64,000 bases of DNA from Malacoraja senta (Eukaryota), in the NCBI GenBank assembly GCA_038087875.1, contig JAXLNO010006092.1, positions 124,001-188,000 of the forward strand, written 5' to 3'. Both the position numbers and the translations under genes were made by a program. This document shows, one piece after another, positions 62,110 to 64,000 of this stretch (positions are counted from its first letter, which is position 1; every line of letters begins with the position of its first letter). The notes below the pieces were generated by a model, which searched no databases, was not told the DNA's origin, and saw only the letters and a program-made list of their open reading frames with translations.

Positions 62110-64000
62110 TTTTTTATTTTTTTATTTATTAGAAGTACATTACATTACAACCACATACATTAGTACTCGTCATTTATATCTTCTTACAATTAATGCACTC
62201 CATTTATTTTTTACACTAGAAAAGGAAAAGATTGAAAGAAAGAAGAAAGTGAAGGAAAAAGTGAAAGTGTAGGAAATGTGACAAAAAAAAGGACGAAGAC
62301 CCTATAAGAGCAAAATTAAAAAACAAAAGAAAAAGAGTTAAGAAATAGACCCTAGGAAAGAAAGAGAGAGAGAAAGAGGAAAAAGAGAGAAACAAATATT
62401 TTTATGAGCATTAAGTAAATGGGACATACCAACTCTTCAACTATCATCCCCCCTTACCTGACCTCAATTTTTTAAAGTACTTTTGCACCCTATGTTTTAT
62501 AATAATTCTATAAATGCAGACCACGTCAGGTGGAAGTGATCTGGTTTACCTGCTAGGAGGAGTCTTATCTCTTCTAGGTGTAATGTTTCAAACATATTTG
62601 AAATCCACATATTTATAGTTGGTATTGGAGCCTTCTTCCAAAATTTTAGAATTAGCTTTTTTCCAGTTATTAACCCATAGTCCATTAGTTTCTTTTGAAA
62701 CACATTTAGTTCTGGACCATCTTCCGTTATACCGAAGATAATCCATTCTGCTTTGGGTATCAGTCTTGTTTTAAATAACTTTGTAAAGATTTCAAAAATT
62801 TCATTCCAAAATTTTTGAATTTTTGTACAAGAAACGAATGAGTGCGTTATAGTAGCTTCTTGGGATTGACATTTATCACAAATAGATGATACATTTGGGA
62901 AAATTTTATGAATTTTAGTTTTCGAATAATATAATCTATGTAAAATTTTAAATTGTATTAAAGTGTGTCTTACATTAATCGAGCATTTATGCACGTTTAA
63001 TAAGTATTCATTCCAACTTTCCTTTGAAATTTTAATAGCTAACTCTTGTTCCCAGTCTCTTCTGATACCCTCCGTAGATGGTATTTGTACATTTAAGATA
63101 ATATTATACAAATATGATATTAAGTTTGCTGATTCCGCTTTTATCTGCATTGCCTCGTCCAGTACATCTACTGGGTTATTATGATGATCTTTTGTATATT
63201 TTTTCAAATAGTCGCATATTTGAAAATATTTAAAATATTGATTATTTCCGAGTTTATATTTTATTTGTAATTGTTGAAATGAAAGTAATTTTCCAGTTTC
63301 ATACAAGTCACCAAGCGTTTTAATTCCTAATCTATCCCATTGTGTATAAGCTTTATCTATAATAGAAGGATTAAACGAAGGGTTATTGACTATAGGTAAT
63401 AAAAGTGATACATTTCTTAATTTTAAATTTTGTTTTATTTGTTTCCAAATTCGGATTGTACTATGAATAATTGGGTTCTTATTATAATTTATGTTATTCA
63501 ATTTCATTGGAGAGAGGAGGATCGCTCCAATGTTTCTAGAGGAGCAATCCTCTTTCTCCATTACAATCCAGTCCACTTGCTGGGCGGAGTTATCCATCAG
63601 TTGAATCATATTTTTAATATTTACTGACCAATAATAATACATAAAATTAGGTAGTGCTGAACCCCCTAATACTTTAGGTTTATTCAGATGAGCTTTTTGT
63701 ATTCTATGTGATTTATAGTCCCATATAAAATTAGTGATATCTGAGTCGAGTTTTTTAAAAAACATCTTTGGTAAGTATATAGGAATTGATTGAAATAGGT
63801 ATAACATTTGTGGTAAAAAGATCATTTTTATTGCGTTTATTCGGCCTATTAAAGACATCGGGAGCGTTTAACAGAATTTAATTAGTGTGTTTAATTTATT
63901 GAGTAAGGGGTCAAAATTTGCCCTAAACATACCTTGATATGATCTGGTAATTTCGATTCCCAAATATTTAAATTTTTCTGTCGCTATTTTAAAAGGGAAT
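62110..64000 (-). mobile_element. L1-clade LINE ORF2 3' part plus 3' UTR/poly(A); continues beyond the window
   Basis: 453-aa ORF 62497-63858 (GRINAIKMIFLPQMLYLF, C-terminal CxxC..H..C knuckle). FKYLGI lies upstream in frame with one TAA at about 63868. A-rich tail near 62110. Confidence 0.92.

Noticed and set aside
62497-63858. L1 as an intact, active element
   Set aside because: An in-frame TAA lies just upstream of the 453-aa ORF (about 63868), inside the RT region.

Overview
Eukaryotic (vertebrate) genomic DNA, most likely a cartilaginous fish (skate/ray). The basis is the HE1/V-SINE-like SINEs, CR1/HER1-like LINEs and Penelope-like termini; the species call is an inference. Most of the window is nested retroelement debris: several CR1 subfamilies, Rex1/Babar-like, L2, L1, Tx1, Penelope-like elements, SINEs and one Tc1. 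The only host gene I can support is a divergent, non-classical MHC class I-like gene on the minus strand. Its alpha1 (6298-6558), alpha2 (4276-4551) and alpha3 (2799-3071) exons have canonical phase-1 splice sites. The alpha3 exon, absent from the ORF track, carries a TAG at the conserved GFYP tyrosine. The rest records rearrangement history: a roughly 9-13 kb inverted duplication with copy-specific insertions, a fold-back inversion, an older paralogous unit, a direct duplication and a TSD-flanked composite insertion. Also present are minimal hammerhead-ribozyme-like motifs in Penelope-type termini and a non-autonomous element family that appears to have swapped LINE tails. Repeat boundaries are by-eye estimates unless a junction sequence is quoted. 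There are three N gaps (40433-40607, 60563-60738, 61366-61551).
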